Below are positions 25,501 through 36,810 of a stretch of 64,000 nt of DNA, piece by piece (within the stretch, counting starts at the first letter, position 1; each line of letters opens with the position of its first letter). The position numbers and the translations under genes are program-made. The notes beneath the pieces are model-generated. The model was not told the DNA's origin and made no database searches. It saw only the letters and a list, made by a program, of their open reading frames with translations. The DNA comes from Mobula birostris (Eukaryota), in the NCBI RefSeq assembly GCF_030028105.1, contig NC_092374.1, positions 61,817,377 through 61,881,376 of the forward strand. Reading direction: 5' to 3'.

Positions 25501-25693
25501 CCTGAATGCACCGAAAGCAAAATTTGTGGAAGCAACGATCAATGTAAGACATGTTGTCAAATCTGTCCAGACAGATTGGACATTTTGCATCAGGCGATAC
25601 ATCGCCCCGCATTCCATGCTGAATTTTGCTGGTTTCAGGTTCTGAAGAAAATTGGTTCTCTGCATTCAAATCCTCTGTGGTTGATGCCATCAT
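22565..25693 (-). CDS. TOPORS: TOPORS E3 ubiquitin/SUMO ligase, single large coding exon (1042 aa)
   Basis: Acceptor ttttcAG followed directly by ATG ATG GCA; RING CPICLDRFDNMSYIDRCFHKFCFRCIQEWSRNKAECPLCKQPF; conserved LHRLMPWLKREL and SQSTWDDETPGPSYS blocks; RS-rich region; SIM-like ELIELSSDSE, VEIVYEG, LVITIESDSD; TAG at 22565. Confidence 0.97.
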   Translation of the reverse strand: MMASTTEDLNAENQFSSEPETSKIQHGMRGDVSPDAKCPICLDRFDNMSYIDRCFHKFCFRCIQEWSRNKAECPLCKQPFNSIFHSVRTENDFQEYVLKATENGSFGSPGGQRFRYRTTLTRERRMARQPRSSPVISPLPDNGVVFEGLGRQPRAQQSRNLRRMMSRLRARRRAQSQGVSPRQIQEQEMVNFRRELYRSGVRVRNVQDGGRYRDVSADFFRRNAACLHRLMPWLKRELYVLFGSHGSIVNIVQHVIMSNIVRYDMEGEAFQEELRPFLLNRTDHFLHEFISFARAPFNMESYDQRANYDCPAPSYEEESDSDLSVIAISPDAADPLQTDRPTANPSELALSLSQSTWDDETPGPSYSVTQALEAGNSSPDEASDSEEAPMQPESVLPVVPIKADPGTKEDSSTRSGDDCLIVGYVKPLAERTPELIELSSDSEVSMHETSTEVAAQPAHTRFHSSSTSSCCLSTRSSSARSSISRDRWKRKKSKRKKRNKSKREKHRKKSSHSGGSTSSSGRHKARASARVRSSSKDRSKFRSQSREKHDLRRHQRSDSVDRTMVAYSYCRGEHQVKDRSQRSNRDQYLEDRSRSASQETCTYQAWSRKRSRNRERASSTRSRTRSQNSDVVVYRHRPRSRSWSRSYASVRDRRRSRSRDRTYRYMREYQERDRGFSYQWERYSYHSRTHKGHDSITRSRTRYRRTSPCSDYRIRSSSESTSFRSPSSHREDVYYQYRNYRSRSPSSSRSRTTSGRTDRLRQEKPGGKRKYKTHYLESSSNKDDKNANLQIAKISSEIHTLPRREGSSPRPHSQCSSYSKSGSLVAESTISSEPKMKKRREKRRSSSVEIVYEGKATEASRRHKRKKKHKKQRKEKSSGRTDRTTHSPLVITIESDSDEVVVADVDSDNSTLSKTTNLLNNLGEQHLTETQTAQDLPSATDDILFGNTSTESLDVCGLPTDSDLVPPYSSRQTCLKQEGVNPVNDAGNYQNFKGQGQDNGQRCPSPRTTLSKSTSDRPPLILKIPKRFFNGTKLFNSSMENT

Positions 25694-26369
25694 CTGAAAA
25701 TAAAAAGTGAAAATTCCAGTGACGTTATTTTTAGGGGCAGAAATTAAGCTGAGAGAGTCAAACAAATTCAGGTACAGTAGAAAAAGCTCAAATGACCAGG
25801 CTTTAATTATTCTACAACAAAATGAGTAATGAGGGCCAGGGACAACCTGCTTTCAATTTACCCTTCTCCAGGATCCAAGGCATGGTTGAGACAACATGTT
25901 TAACATTTTACAAACTACAAATGCTAACAAGAGCACAACCATTTTTGCCATTTCTTCTAACAACTGAAAACTTATCTTAAAATACAGCAATTCCTCAGAA
26001 CTAATGATTGGAAAAGCCCAAGTTTATATGCCTTTGTCTCTCTCACAAGCTATATTTTCAAGTCATTAAACCTATTCCTGGTAGAAGCTGAAACTGGATC
26101 AGACTGTTAGAAACCTTAATGTCAAAAGTGACTCAGGGACGAACTTTGAATTGCACATTCACATCAACACCAAGACCCTATCTGCAACAATGTCTATTTC
26201 TTCCTCTGCTTCCGTTTCATTCATAATGAAATTCATAGCTTTAGACTTGACTACTTCAAAAGCCTGGCCAGCCTCCCTGGTTCTACCCTCTGCAAACAGG
26301 ATTCTAATGAGCTTTAACTTGCATGAAGTGTCATTCACCCATCACTCTTCCATTTGTAGCAAAATAACC

Positions 26370-27140
26370 AGCTCTTGCTCTCAACGTCAGTAAGACGAAA
26401 GAGCTGATTGTGGACTTCAGGAAGGGTAAGACAGAGGAACACATACCAATCCTCATAGAGGGATCAGAAGTGGAGAGAGTGAGCAGTTTCATGTTCCTGG
26501 GTGTCTAGATCTCTGAGGATCTAACCTGGTCCCAATATATCGATGCAGTTATAAAGAAGGCAAGACACCAACTATACTTCATTAAGAGTTTGAAGAGATT
26601 TGGTATGTCAACAAATACACTCAAAAACTTCTATAGATGTATTGTGGAGAGCATTCTGACAGGCTGCATCACTGTCTGGTATGGGGGGGGGGGCTACTGC
26701 ACAGGACTGAAAGAAGCTGCAGAGGGTTATAAATTTAGTCAGCTGCATCTTGGGTACTAGCCTACAAAGTACCCAGGACATCTTCAAGGAGTGGTGTCTC
26801 AGAAAGGCAGCGTCCATTATTAAGGACCCCCAGCACCCAGGGCATGCCCTTTTCTCACTGTTACCATCAGGTAGGAGATACAGAAGCCTGAAGGCACACA
26901 CTTCTGCCATCCAATTCCTAAATGGACATTGAACACTACCTCACTTTTAAAAAAAAATATAGTATTTCTGTTTTTTTGCATGATTTTTAATCTAGTCAAT
27001 GTTTGTATACTGTATAAAGTATACTGAATAAGATTTACTTATTTTTTTTCCTTCTATATTATGTATTGCATTGAATAGCTGCTACTAAGTTAACAAAATT
27101 CATGTCACATGCTGGTGATAATAAACCTGATTCTGATTCT
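26370..27140 (+). mobile_element. Rex1/Babar LINE 3' fragment in the TOPORS intron
   Basis: NVSKTKELIVDFRK, KAASIIKDPQHPGHALFSLLPSGRRYRSLK; tail aataaacctgattctgattct. Confidence 0.88.
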
Positions 27141-27958
27141 TGGTAAGTGGTGCTTGATTTTAACATGCTCAGCCTTATTTTCAGACTCGTCCAAGATTTT
27201 GCTGTTTCATAATTCCGAGTTCTTCTGTAGCTTAACAATTCTCCAATCTTAGGTCATTGAATGAACTCCAAATTTAAAAAAAAAATGGCTCTAATACTTG
27301 TGGCTATGCCCTTGGTTATGAGTGTCCATGGCTCTGGAATTTGTTCCTTAAAGTCTTCTCTTTCACTGCCTTTCCTTTTTACAGAACTTCTTAACACCCA
27401 GCTTTTGACATCTGTCCCAGGATTTCTAATGTTATTGACAAGGCTCCTATGAACTGCTCTGGGATGTTTTGGTAGTTGAAGGTGCTATATGAATTGTTGC
27501 CAGAGTACAACAGATTGCATACATTATAGATTGGATGTTGACTGTTGTATGATATTGTACTATATAAAAATTTGGTGAGCTGTCTTCTCAAGTGTGCCAT
27601 CGCAGGTGCAATGCAACCGTTATGTAAATGAATATATCCATACTAAAAATGAGAAAAAATGCAAGTTAAGACTCAGAGACCAAAATAGATTACAAAAATT
27701 ATGTATCAGTACAAAGGCGTCAAGAAATTGAAAACAAACTTGATTATCAAAAAGAGTAGTGAGAATGTAGAATTTGATACATGGAGCAATAAAACAAAGA
27801 TGCATAAACAAGTGAAAAAAGCACAAAGATCTTGGGATGAAGAGGCTTGTAGCAAGCACAAATATTGCCTGGCCTGTAAATTTGATGTAACAGCTGAAAG
27901 AATGAAGAATAAAAATTGTCTGATCAAAAAAACAAGACCACTACAAATGGGAAACTTC

Positions 27959-28105
27959 AAACATGAGAAAGTCTGCAGATGCTGGAAATCAAAGCAACAC
28001 ACACAAGATGCTGGCAGTGTTTTGGACCAAGAACCTGCAGGGCTTACTCTTTTCCACAGATGCTTCCTGAACTGATTGAGTCTCTCCAGCATTTTGTGTG
28101 TGTTG
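27959..28105. mobile_element. Penelope-derived fold-back mini-element
   Basis: Inverted arms gcaacacacacaagatgctgg / ccagcattttgtgtgtgttgc; perfect 15-bp TSD CAAATGGGAAACTTC 27944-27958 / 28106-28120. Confidence 0.8.
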
Positions 28106-28659
28106 CAAATGGGAAACTTCGTGTTTAATATAGGCTTTGATAAATCACTCATTGAGCATCTTATGGGGGGGGGGGGGGAGGAAAAGTCTCTGTAGATGCT
28201 GCTTGACCTGTGGATATTGCATTAACTTATAGTATACACCTCTCAATTCTTTCACTCCTCTCAACGACTCAGATTAGCCAAATTAGTAGCCAATCAACCT
28301 TTTCTACAATGCAACTGTGACTGAATCTAAAAGCGTAATCTACTGATTATAAAGACTTTAAAATGCCCTGATGTTTATAAAATATGTTAGAAAACCAAGT
28401 TTTGTATTTTGATCCCTGCAGCCACACCTCTATGTAACAGGCTGAACTGTTGTGCAATTCAGTGTTATTTACCTCATAACACACCCGAGCCCATGGTGCT
28501 TTTTTGGAACAGCTAATTAATTAGAACCCACTAACTAGTTCACATTTTAACTCTAGAATTAACTGTTCTTCCAAAAAGTGAACTTGATCAAAATTTTTGT
28601 GCTAAGAGCTTTGTCGGACACTTACTTCAAATCTGTTCCTTCTGTACCGTATGAAACAA

Positions 28660-29060
28660 TAAACCACAGGAACCGAATTATGCTATTCAGCCCATTGACT
28701 CTGCTCCACTATTCCATCATGGCTGATTTATACCCCTCTCAATCACATTCTCCCTCCCTCGTTCTCCTCTGAAACCCTGACTAATCAAGAACCTATCAAA
28801 CTTCACTTTAAATGTACAAAATGAGTTGGCCTCTACAGCTGTGTCTGTAGCAATGAATTCCTCAGATTCATCACTCTCTGGCTTTAGAAGTTCCCTTTCA
28901 CCTCCTTTAATTCTGAGGCTGGGTGCTGTAGTCCTGGACTCCCCCACTACGGGAAACATCCTCTCTACATCCACTCTATTGAGACCTTTCAATATTTGAC
29001 AGGTTTCAATGTGATCTCCTCCACCCCATTCTTTAAGCTCTAGCTAGCATAGGCCCAAAG
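28660..29060 (-). mobile_element. CR1 3' fragment
   Basis: KGLNRVDVERMFPVVGESRT..SLRIKG and CR1 3'UTR. Confidence 0.8.
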
Positions 29061-29790
29061 CTATCAAAAAGTTTCTCTTCATTGATCAAAACACACCGTG
29101 AATTTGAACACATACATTATGTACAGAATTTCAAGCAATAGCTAATAACTCTTTTCCAGTGTTCATGTGAACGTCTTCCAGCATTCTCTGTCACTGTGAC
29201 ATCCTTTCTAAAACGCAGTGGCGATAATTATAACCAATTCTCGAGAGGCCTAAGAAAACTTTAGTATATGTTTATAGCTCTTGTACACAAAAACAAGGAA
29301 TTCCAAAAGAATCATATCAATTTTCTAATTAATTTAAGTGCATATACATCAATCAGCTCATTTATCTTTTTGGTAATCGTTACATTTACACCTCCCACCG
29401 TAGTCGACCACTCGTTTCCTTGAACCGTTATTCGTTGAGATTGTGGTTGTTGACTTTATTCATCGTAATTCCACTTATCTGCCTTTGTTAGCCCACTGAA
29501 AAAAATATAGCAATGGCAGATTTGAAATTGTGTGGGGAAAGGTTTCATATTCCTACCACGGTTAAAGGAGTATTTATGTATATCTTGTGTGGCTCGGAAA
29601 GCTCTCCACCCTTGTCTTGATCAATCAAAAAACATTAAATCTGTACCCTTCTATTGGCTTAAGATATCAATGGCTTCATAGGTCTATACCGACCGTAGTA
29701 TTTCGGTCCAAATAACAGTCTCAACTCCCAGCCAGGGTCCCCCGGGCCTATATTCCTGGTCTGCGTCCCCCACCCATCTCAGAACCTTAC

Positions 29791-30000
29791 CTGCAATAGT
29801 TGCTCAGTTCCCGATTTTCCTCAGGTCCAAATTAATTTCACTTAATTTATTTTCATATATTAAAGCATTCCCCGCCACCCTCTTTGATTTGTTCGCAAAC
29901 ATTTGTTATTTTAATCCTGCTCCGGTGCGTTGCCCGCCGGCCGGGGACAGGCCTCTCAAGCGACTGCCTGTGAGGGTGTTACACCATCACACAAGCTGAA
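29791..30000 (-). other. TOPORS: Probable non-coding upstream (5'UTR) exon of TOPORS; 5' boundary uncertain
   Basis: Strong donor TTGCAG|GTAAGG at 29791/29790 at the edge of the CpG-rich region; the frame leading into the coding exon contains a stop. Confidence 0.6.
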
Positions 30001-30381
30001 TGGATGACGGGGCCGCCGGGACGCTGGAGGACCAATTCACGACGCCGGACCTGCGAATGCAGGAGGACCTAGTCGCCGCGCCAGGCGGAGGAATGCAGGA
30101 GGACTATCAATCCGAGGACCCACGTTCCCCGCGCGATGGCCGCCGGGATACTGGAGGATCGGCGCTAGGCCAAGTCAGACCGGTGGAAAGCGGTGGGGCG
30201 AGGCGGTCTGTACTGGCACGTCTAGTCAAAGAGAAACCATGGTAACCGTACGTCCTTAGGGCTTTTCAAACTCCCAGCTGCCGCGGTTGGAGGATCGACG
30301 CAGTTCAGATCAGCCCAAGAATCTTTTTCTTTGGAAGTGGAGTTTCGTACTGGCCAGAGTGAAGGGAACTTTGGGGGTATC
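29900..30381. promoter_or_regulatory. CpG-rich bidirectional promoter region shared by TOPORS and SMIM27
   Basis: High GC and CpG density between the TOPORS upstream donor (minus) and the SMIM27 ATG (plus); GGAAGT ETS core near 30333. Confidence 0.7.
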
Positions 30382-30426
30382 ATGGTTCGTGTGAGTAAAC
30401 GAACTCTGGAATGGATTTATTCCATT
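30382..30426 (+). CDS. SMIM27: SMIM27 exon 1
   Basis: MVRVSKRTLEWIYSI followed by GTAAGT donor; matches human MKPVSRRTLDWIYSV; head-to-head with TOPORS as in human. Confidence 0.9.
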
Positions 30427-30469
30427 GTAAGTAGAGAATGTAAACAACAGGTTAACAACTAGTCAGGTA

Positions 30470-32340
30470 CCTCTGGAATTTAGAAGGATGAGAGGTGATC
30501 TCGTTGAAAGATTAGAACGGGATTTGCCAGTGTAAATGAAGGGTGTCTGGAAGCAGGGGTCATATCGCAATGTGAGTCGTCATCCATTCGAGACTGAAAT
30601 AAATTTCTGCCCCCAGAAGTTCGAATCTCTGGAATTCTCTACCCAAGAAGTCCGTCAAGACTCAGTTGCGTGTGTATATCCAAGGTTAAGATGAATAGAG
30701 AAAATGAACGCTTGCAGAAGTAAAAGATCATAATCTCATTGAATGGCAGGGATGGTATTCAGTGTTTATATAAATTTATCGTGTAAATTGGTTTCAACAC
30801 CCTGCCCCCTCCCCGCAATCCAGCTTGACCCGCAGTTTCTCCAGCAGATTGTTGTTCTAGTGTTAGCGCAGGGAGGGTTGTTTTTCTATTTGAAATTCCA
30901 AGACCAGTGCAGAACCCTTTGGTGGTTGTGATATACATTAATGGCTTGGAAAACAGGAGGTATGATCTGTAAGTCTGTAGATGACACAACATTTGTGGTG
31001 TTGTGGAGAACAAAGAGGATTATCGTGGACGCTGTTGACCAGCCGGAAAGTTTTGCGGAACAATGCCATTCAGAATTTAATCCTGACAATTGTGAAGTGA
31101 TGAATTTTGGAAGTTCGTATGAGTGAGAATTACACAGAAAATGGTGGGGCGCTAGGGCAAGGGTGACAAAAAATTTGTTAGCACAGTGCCGCCCCTCAAT
31201 TCCATAAACCCCACCCTATTAGAGATACATACCGATTATCTTTATTGCCAAATGAAGTAGCGAATGATTTTTTACAACCCGACACCAGTGGGATGTTTTC
31301 ACAGGGCAGTTGCGAGACCAAGTGATGTTGGATTATATGTTTTGCAATCCTCGCAAAGGTGGTATACACATCAGCATTTGTATAGGAAGCGGTCACAATA
31401 ATACTATTTAGAAATTATTTTGCAATCACCTTTTTAAAAGATTTAATGTTAATAGTTTTTAAATAGGTTTGTAAAATGCTTATTTTCCCCCAATCTATAT
31501 TAATAGTAAAAGAATGAATGCATGTGAATAAGAAAGACTCATCCTTTTTTTTCCTAAAAAGTCAACAATTATTGTTACTAATTCATTAATCAATAATGAT
31601 CTCTGTTCAAAATTACCATGGCACTAGGATGATTTTTAAGGTTATTGCAGAAGCTCGCAAAAAGGTTGCCACCCCTACTGGGTGTTTGGTGTTGATGCAC
31701 AGGGTGAGGTTGAAACACAAGTTCATTGATTGTTGAAAGTAATCACACAGGTAGATAGGGTGGCAAAGTAGGATATGGGATGCATATCCATAGGATAGAA
31801 AATAAGAGCGTACAGGTTGTCTTACAACTTCCTAAAAGTTGGTTAGGTCACACCTGGAGTATTGTGAATTTCTGTTACCATTCTACAAGAATGATAATGT
31901 ATTGAAGAGGCTGTGACTCAAGGATGTTAACAGGATTGCAGCTTTTTTGTTATAAAGGAAAGTTTAGATGTTTGTTTTCTTGATAGACTTGATAGAGGTA
32001 AACAAAATTTTGAGGGGGAATTCCTCCCTCACCTCCATTCAAGGTCCCAAACGGTCCTTCTGGGTAGGGCAACACTTTACCTGCGAATCTGCTGGGGTCG
32101 TCTATTGTGTCCAGTGAGGCCTCTTCTGCATAGGTGAGATCCATCGTTAACTGGGGGACCGCTTTTTCGAGCACTTCTGCTCCATCTGCAATAAGTAGAT
32201 CTTCCCAGTGGCCAAACATTTTAATTCAGATTCCTATTCCTCGTGCCAAGATGAGGCCACCCTCAGGATGGAGGAGCAACACCTTATACTCCGTCTGGGT
32301 ACCCTCCAAACTGATGGCATGAACATTGATTTCTTCTGGT
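30470..32340 (+). mobile_element. Cluster of decayed CR1 fragments and a Penelope endonuclease fragment (~32020-32340) in the SMIM27 intron
   Basis: CR1 RT remnants (ICKSVDDT, FNPDNCEVMNFG, ggtcacacctggagtattgtg); 32020-32340 is homologous to 3165-3700. Confidence 0.65.
31158..31677. mobile_element. hAT-like MITE inserted in a CR1 remnant
   Basis: Imperfect TIRs CAAGGGTGACAA / TTGCCACCCCTA; AT-rich interior; CR1 sequence resumes after it; no clean TSD. Confidence 0.5.
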
Positions 32341-33219
32341 AATTTTTTTCTTCACTTAAATTTAGAAACAGCAGCAAGCTCGGCCACGTAGATTGGGATC
32401 TCAATTCATATGTGGTTTCTCTGAAAAAATTAATTATCTTTTACTAGATACCCACAACTCAGTGGCTTGTGCTTCATCTGTTTTTTTGGTAGGGCACGGG
32501 TCAGGTCAGGTTCCACTCATGAAGCCACCAAAGCCTCTGCACCATTTTTAAAGCGCAGTCCCTTCCTTAAATGTTCCCTCAATCATCAAAGTTAGAGCAA
32601 CTGACTGAGTGTTTGTGATTTTCCTGAGCTCAGTGGAAGCTGCAATTGCAAAACCAGTTTCTGGTACACTGAAGTCATGAAATCAGCCATTCTGTGCATT
32701 GCTTGTATAGTTTTAGCCAAATGTACCATGTGGCCCCACAGCCACAACTTTGATCTTTTATATGAAATAGCACCTTGTATGTGAAATATTAGCATTGCTT
32801 GATAAAGGCAAAACAAAGATCAGGTATAAAAAATTGTTAAGTTAAAATCCATGCACATTGGGAAATAATGTCAAAATAATTTTGTCTATGGAAAATCAAA
32901 AAGGAAATTGTAGATGTTGGAAATCTAAGATGAAAACAGAAAATGGTGGAAATACTCAACAGGTCAGGCCACATCCGTGTGAAGAAATAGTCAACATTTC
33001 AGGCTGAATACAGTCCATTAGAACTTGGAAAGAGACAAAAGTAGCTGGTTACCTTGTAGCTTACATTGTTTTTGTTCTGGCAAAGGATCTTTGACCTGCC
33101 GCATTAACTGTTTCATTTCCCACGGATGGGGCCTGCTAGAGTGAGTATTTCTAGTATTGTGTTTTATTTTACATCTGTCAAATTTCATAACTGTAACAAG
33201 TGCATCTTATTTTATACAG

Positions 33220-33309
33220 ATACTCTTGATCATTGTCTTACTTTCTTGGGGATTTGTTATCTATGCATCCAAGATGACAGCTATTCAGTATCTGCGGAAA
33301 AATCTATAA
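33220..33309 (+). CDS. SMIM27: SMIM27 exon 2 (transmembrane segment and stop); 44 aa total
   Basis: Acceptor ttattttatacAG; ILLIIVLLSWGFVIYASKMTAIQYLRKNL* matches human LLLAIVLISWGCIIYASMVSARRQLRKK; phase 0. Confidence 0.9.
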   Translation: MLLIIVLLSWGFVIYASKMTAIQYLRKNL

Positions 33310-34210
33310 CATTCCTTCTTCATGATTCTTCTTATCTGAGAATACGCGTGATCAGTCATGGACTAATCAGGTCAGGTGAAAGATCCTGGCATGAACTTTA
33401 TACAATGATGGAAGAACATGGACTAGAGTCAAAATGTTGGAAGTTGGTGATACATAGAAATTTTCTGTCAGCATTGCAAATGTAACTGTTAACACATTAT
33501 CTCAGATAGCATATGTTTTTTACTACTTTTCATAATCTCACTTCAGTTCTAATGTTTATATAAATATCAATAATGGAGCTCTTATCAAAGATATTGCCCT
33601 TTAATTTGTTAGCCACAGATTTGTAAGGAATGGAGCAAAATTCTTTCTGCAGAACAATGAAAAAGTATTTCCACAGAACTAAATGATGCACATGATCTGG
33701 ATGAAGTTAAGGGCAAACTGCATAAACATTAGAAAAAAGAAAAAAAAAGATATGCTAATAAGGTGGAATGAAGAGTGGGTTTGGATTTATGTGTAACAAA
33801 CACAAGTTCAGACTATTGGGACTGAACAGCCAGTTTATCCTGGAGGAGGAAGTACTGTAGTGTGTTTGGTAAAGAAGTGCATATATGTAACTGATGGGAG
33901 TTGACCACAGACTGTGCATGGCATGGAGACAAAGTAAAGGTGTTATTATGCTGCTTATCTAAAATCCAAACTGCAGTTGGATGAGACTGGATTTGATCAG
34001 CTCACAATGACATTACATGTATTGTAGAGGTTACTGTAATGGCTAATGAAGAATTAGAAATAAGTGGTGTAATTAAAGCATACTTATTTCCATATTGAAC
34101 ACAAGTTTATGATTGGGTATATTTTTTGTAATTGGGATATACTTATTATTGTATATTTAATGTAAATCTATCTACAGTTGGGTATATACATTGCAATTTT
34201 TTACTTACTA

Positions 34211-34216
34211 AATAAA
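34211..34216 (+). terminator. Candidate SMIM27 polyadenylation signal
   Basis: AATAAA at the end of an AU-rich stretch, followed by a T-tract at ~34260. Confidence 0.45.
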
Positions 34217-34581
34217 GTTAAATTAAAAATAGTTTTGATATCTGTTAACCAAGTCTCAAGTTTTTTTTTTCCTTTACACACTAGATCCCCTGCCACAGTA
34301 AATTGCTTCACTGCATTTAACCAATTTTATTCTAGATATTTTTCTAGATCTTGGGTTTAAGTTGAAGGTACGTTTGCCTGTAATGCAGCAGTTTAAAGTC
34401 AAGTATGCAGATGACAGCAGTAAGCTCACAGGGTGAAGTTAAGAAACAAGTGATTGTGTTCCGAATACTGGTAAATCAGTATTTTAATGATAAATAAGTC
34501 ATTCAAAAAGGAACAGCTGCATTTGTGTCTTTCATTTGAAGTTAATCATATACCATTTACATCAGATGCCAACATGAGCCT

Positions 34582-34653
34582 TTAATGGTGCTTCGGATGC
34601 TCATCTTTGACGAGTGGTGGAATCACTTCCCCAGTTTCCAAAACTGTGTCACC
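34582..34653 (-). CDS. NDUFB6: NDUFB6 exon 4 (terminal); 129 aa total
   Basis: ttccttcAG acceptor; [23 protein letters not shown] versus human [22 protein letters not shown]. Confidence 0.95.
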   Translation of the reverse strand, partial: [23 protein letters not shown]

Positions 34654-35394
34654 CTGAAGGAACAAACCAATTGATTTAACCTCAGTGAAGAAATGATTCA
34701 TTGTCAGTCACTAACGCTACACAGGCTTTATAGCAGAGGTTGCATGTCACCCTTATTGAAATTCAGCATCACTGAATTAAACATTTCATAGTGCAATGTT
34801 CATCCAATCTACATATTGCTTCTGTAAAGTTAACATAAAGCACGGATCTTTCAATGCAGCTGTAATATTTAGCTCATCTAATTCCCACTGAGTTTGAAAG
34901 TGCAGTGCATGTTATTCTTAATAGAAATATACCCAGTTGTTGAACATTTTCAACCTTTGGTTTCTGATCTAACATTTCTGTTACTGTGTAATCACAGCTC
35001 AAAAGCTTTTACCCTTAGTTTGATTTTCACTTATTTTCATTGCACCAAAATATATAATTTACATGGTTAACATAACAGCAAAGTGCATTATTTGACATTG
35101 TTTCTCATCCACACTACAGTATACTTACAGTAAATTTTTATCAATTCACCACTTGATCTAGGGAATATAATCTTGGTCCTTGCCACTTCTCTTTATAATT
35201 TAATTAAATTTTTCGAATCCAGGTTTCATTCTGTTAGATCTACACTGCATACTCCAAGATATATGTATCTTTCCAAAGAGTGTGCTCAGAATATAATGGC
35301 CTACTTAGAACACAAGTGTTAGGCGTCTGATTTCTAATCAAGAGAATAGGAGCAAGACTACATCACCAGGCCAATCAAACTTGTCTCGCCATTC

Positions 35395-35655
35395 ATGGTA
35401 GTGTAGTGGTAAGGCACAATGCTTTACAGTACAAGGAAGCCGGTTCAGTTCCTGCGGTTGTCTGTAAGGAGTTTGTATGTTCTCCCTGTGACCACGTGAG
35501 TTTCCTTCCACAGTCCAAAGACATACCGGTTGGTAGGTTAATTGGTTATTGTAAATTGTCATGTGGTTAGGAGAGGACTAAATCGGTGATTGCTGGGTGG
35601 CATGGCTCAAAGGGCCGGAAGAGCCTATTCCATGCTGTATCTACCTATAAATCTG
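35395..35655 (+). mobile_element. tRNA-derived V-SINE-like element in NDUFB6 intron 3
   Basis: ggtagtgtagtggtaagg head, ggttcagttcc B-box, ctgtaaggagtttgtatg core, ggaagagcctattccatgctgtatct tail. Confidence 0.75.
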
Positions 35656-36765
35656 AATTGAAGAAATGAGGGTTATGGGAAAATGGCACACCATAGATGA
35701 GCCCTGATCTTGTCTGTCTGCATGTGTCTTTCTCTCTCTAGAGAGAGTGGGGGTGGGGTGGGGGAAGAGAGACAGATACCAGGGCTCACCTCAAGTCCTG
35801 ATCTTGTCTGTCTCTCGATAGAGATACAGAGATCAGGGCTGTTAACCCTCAATTCTTTGATTCACCTTTAATATTTTTAATAATCTGTTCCCCACCACCC
35901 TTTGGAACAGATAAGTTAAAGATTCACAGCCCTCAGAAAAGGAACTTTATATGACCAGTCCTAGTTAGAGGTCTAAACTGTCTAGCCTTTCCAGGTAGCA
36001 CAACCTAGTTTTCTCGATGTAATAAGTATTCTATGAACTTGATTTTTTTGTATGTACTTCTGATTCCCTTCCACTTACACTTTTTTTTTTGGCACACTTG
36101 TTCAACTTCTCTAATGAAGGCACCCCAAGTAAAATTCTATTCACAAAAATGTATCTTACCTTGTAGAAATGAGGTAATACGTCCACAGAATGTTTGGCAC
36201 ATGTAAATAGCATAATTATTCTTATCAATTACTTCATCAGACACCTTCACATCCAGAGGCCCCATGACTCGCACAACCCGCTCCAAAATGAGAGCAATTT
36301 CATTGTGTGGGAAGAATCTTGCAAATAAGCAAGAATGAATCAGACACGTCTCCATTTGCAAATATCTGATAGGACATTCCTTGGAGAACTGCTGTTTTTT
36401 TTCTAATCATTCCAGTTCTTGAAATGTGATCTGCACATAAGGTGGCATTCAGCTTCACCAAGTGGCTCAGGCCTTGCTTGCCTTATGTAACAAGCTCAGG
36501 CTGTGAAAAGATGTACTCCTTAGCCATTGATATGCTATGACTAGAAAATAATTTCTTTTCTGGTACTTCATTTCTCATTATCTCTGCATTTTTTCATCTG
36601 TGGGGATTTCAAAGATTCCATTTTGGATTTCCACTGCCTGACTTTTCTGCTCCCCCAACTCTCCTTTGCATCAAGTTACCATTTCTCAGCTGAAGTTTAA
36701 TTTGTGTGATTTCAGAGAAGACGCACAATTGAATTTGTTAACTCAATCCACTCAAGGTAACTTAC

Positions 36766-36810
36766 TGGAAAAATCCTGGGCTTCACATTTACAATACCAT
36801 ATGGTTTAGC
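36766..36810 (-). CDS. NDUFB6: NDUFB6 exon 3
   Basis: tttcacAG acceptor, GTAAGT donor, 45 nt; AKPYGIVNVKPRIFP versus human EKPYGIVEKKSRIFP. Confidence 0.95.

Noticed and set aside
23029-25710. Several antisense and alternate-frame ORFs within TOPORS
   Set aside because: Shadow ORFs of a long low-complexity coding exon
25694-25765. N-terminal 24 aa of the 1066-aa ORF-track call for TOPORS
   Set aside because: Begins at a non-ATG codon and covers the polypyrimidine tract and AG acceptor; intronic
30000-30245. 81-aa ORF in the CpG island with a repeated MQED motif
   Set aside because: No recognisable homology; GC-rich regions yield chance ORFs; its possible donor at 30242 is out of phase with SMIM27 exon 2
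33126-33485. 119-aa plus-strand ORF overlapping SMIM27 exon 2
   Set aside because: Different frame from the conserved SMIM27 peptide and it starts in a Penelope remnant
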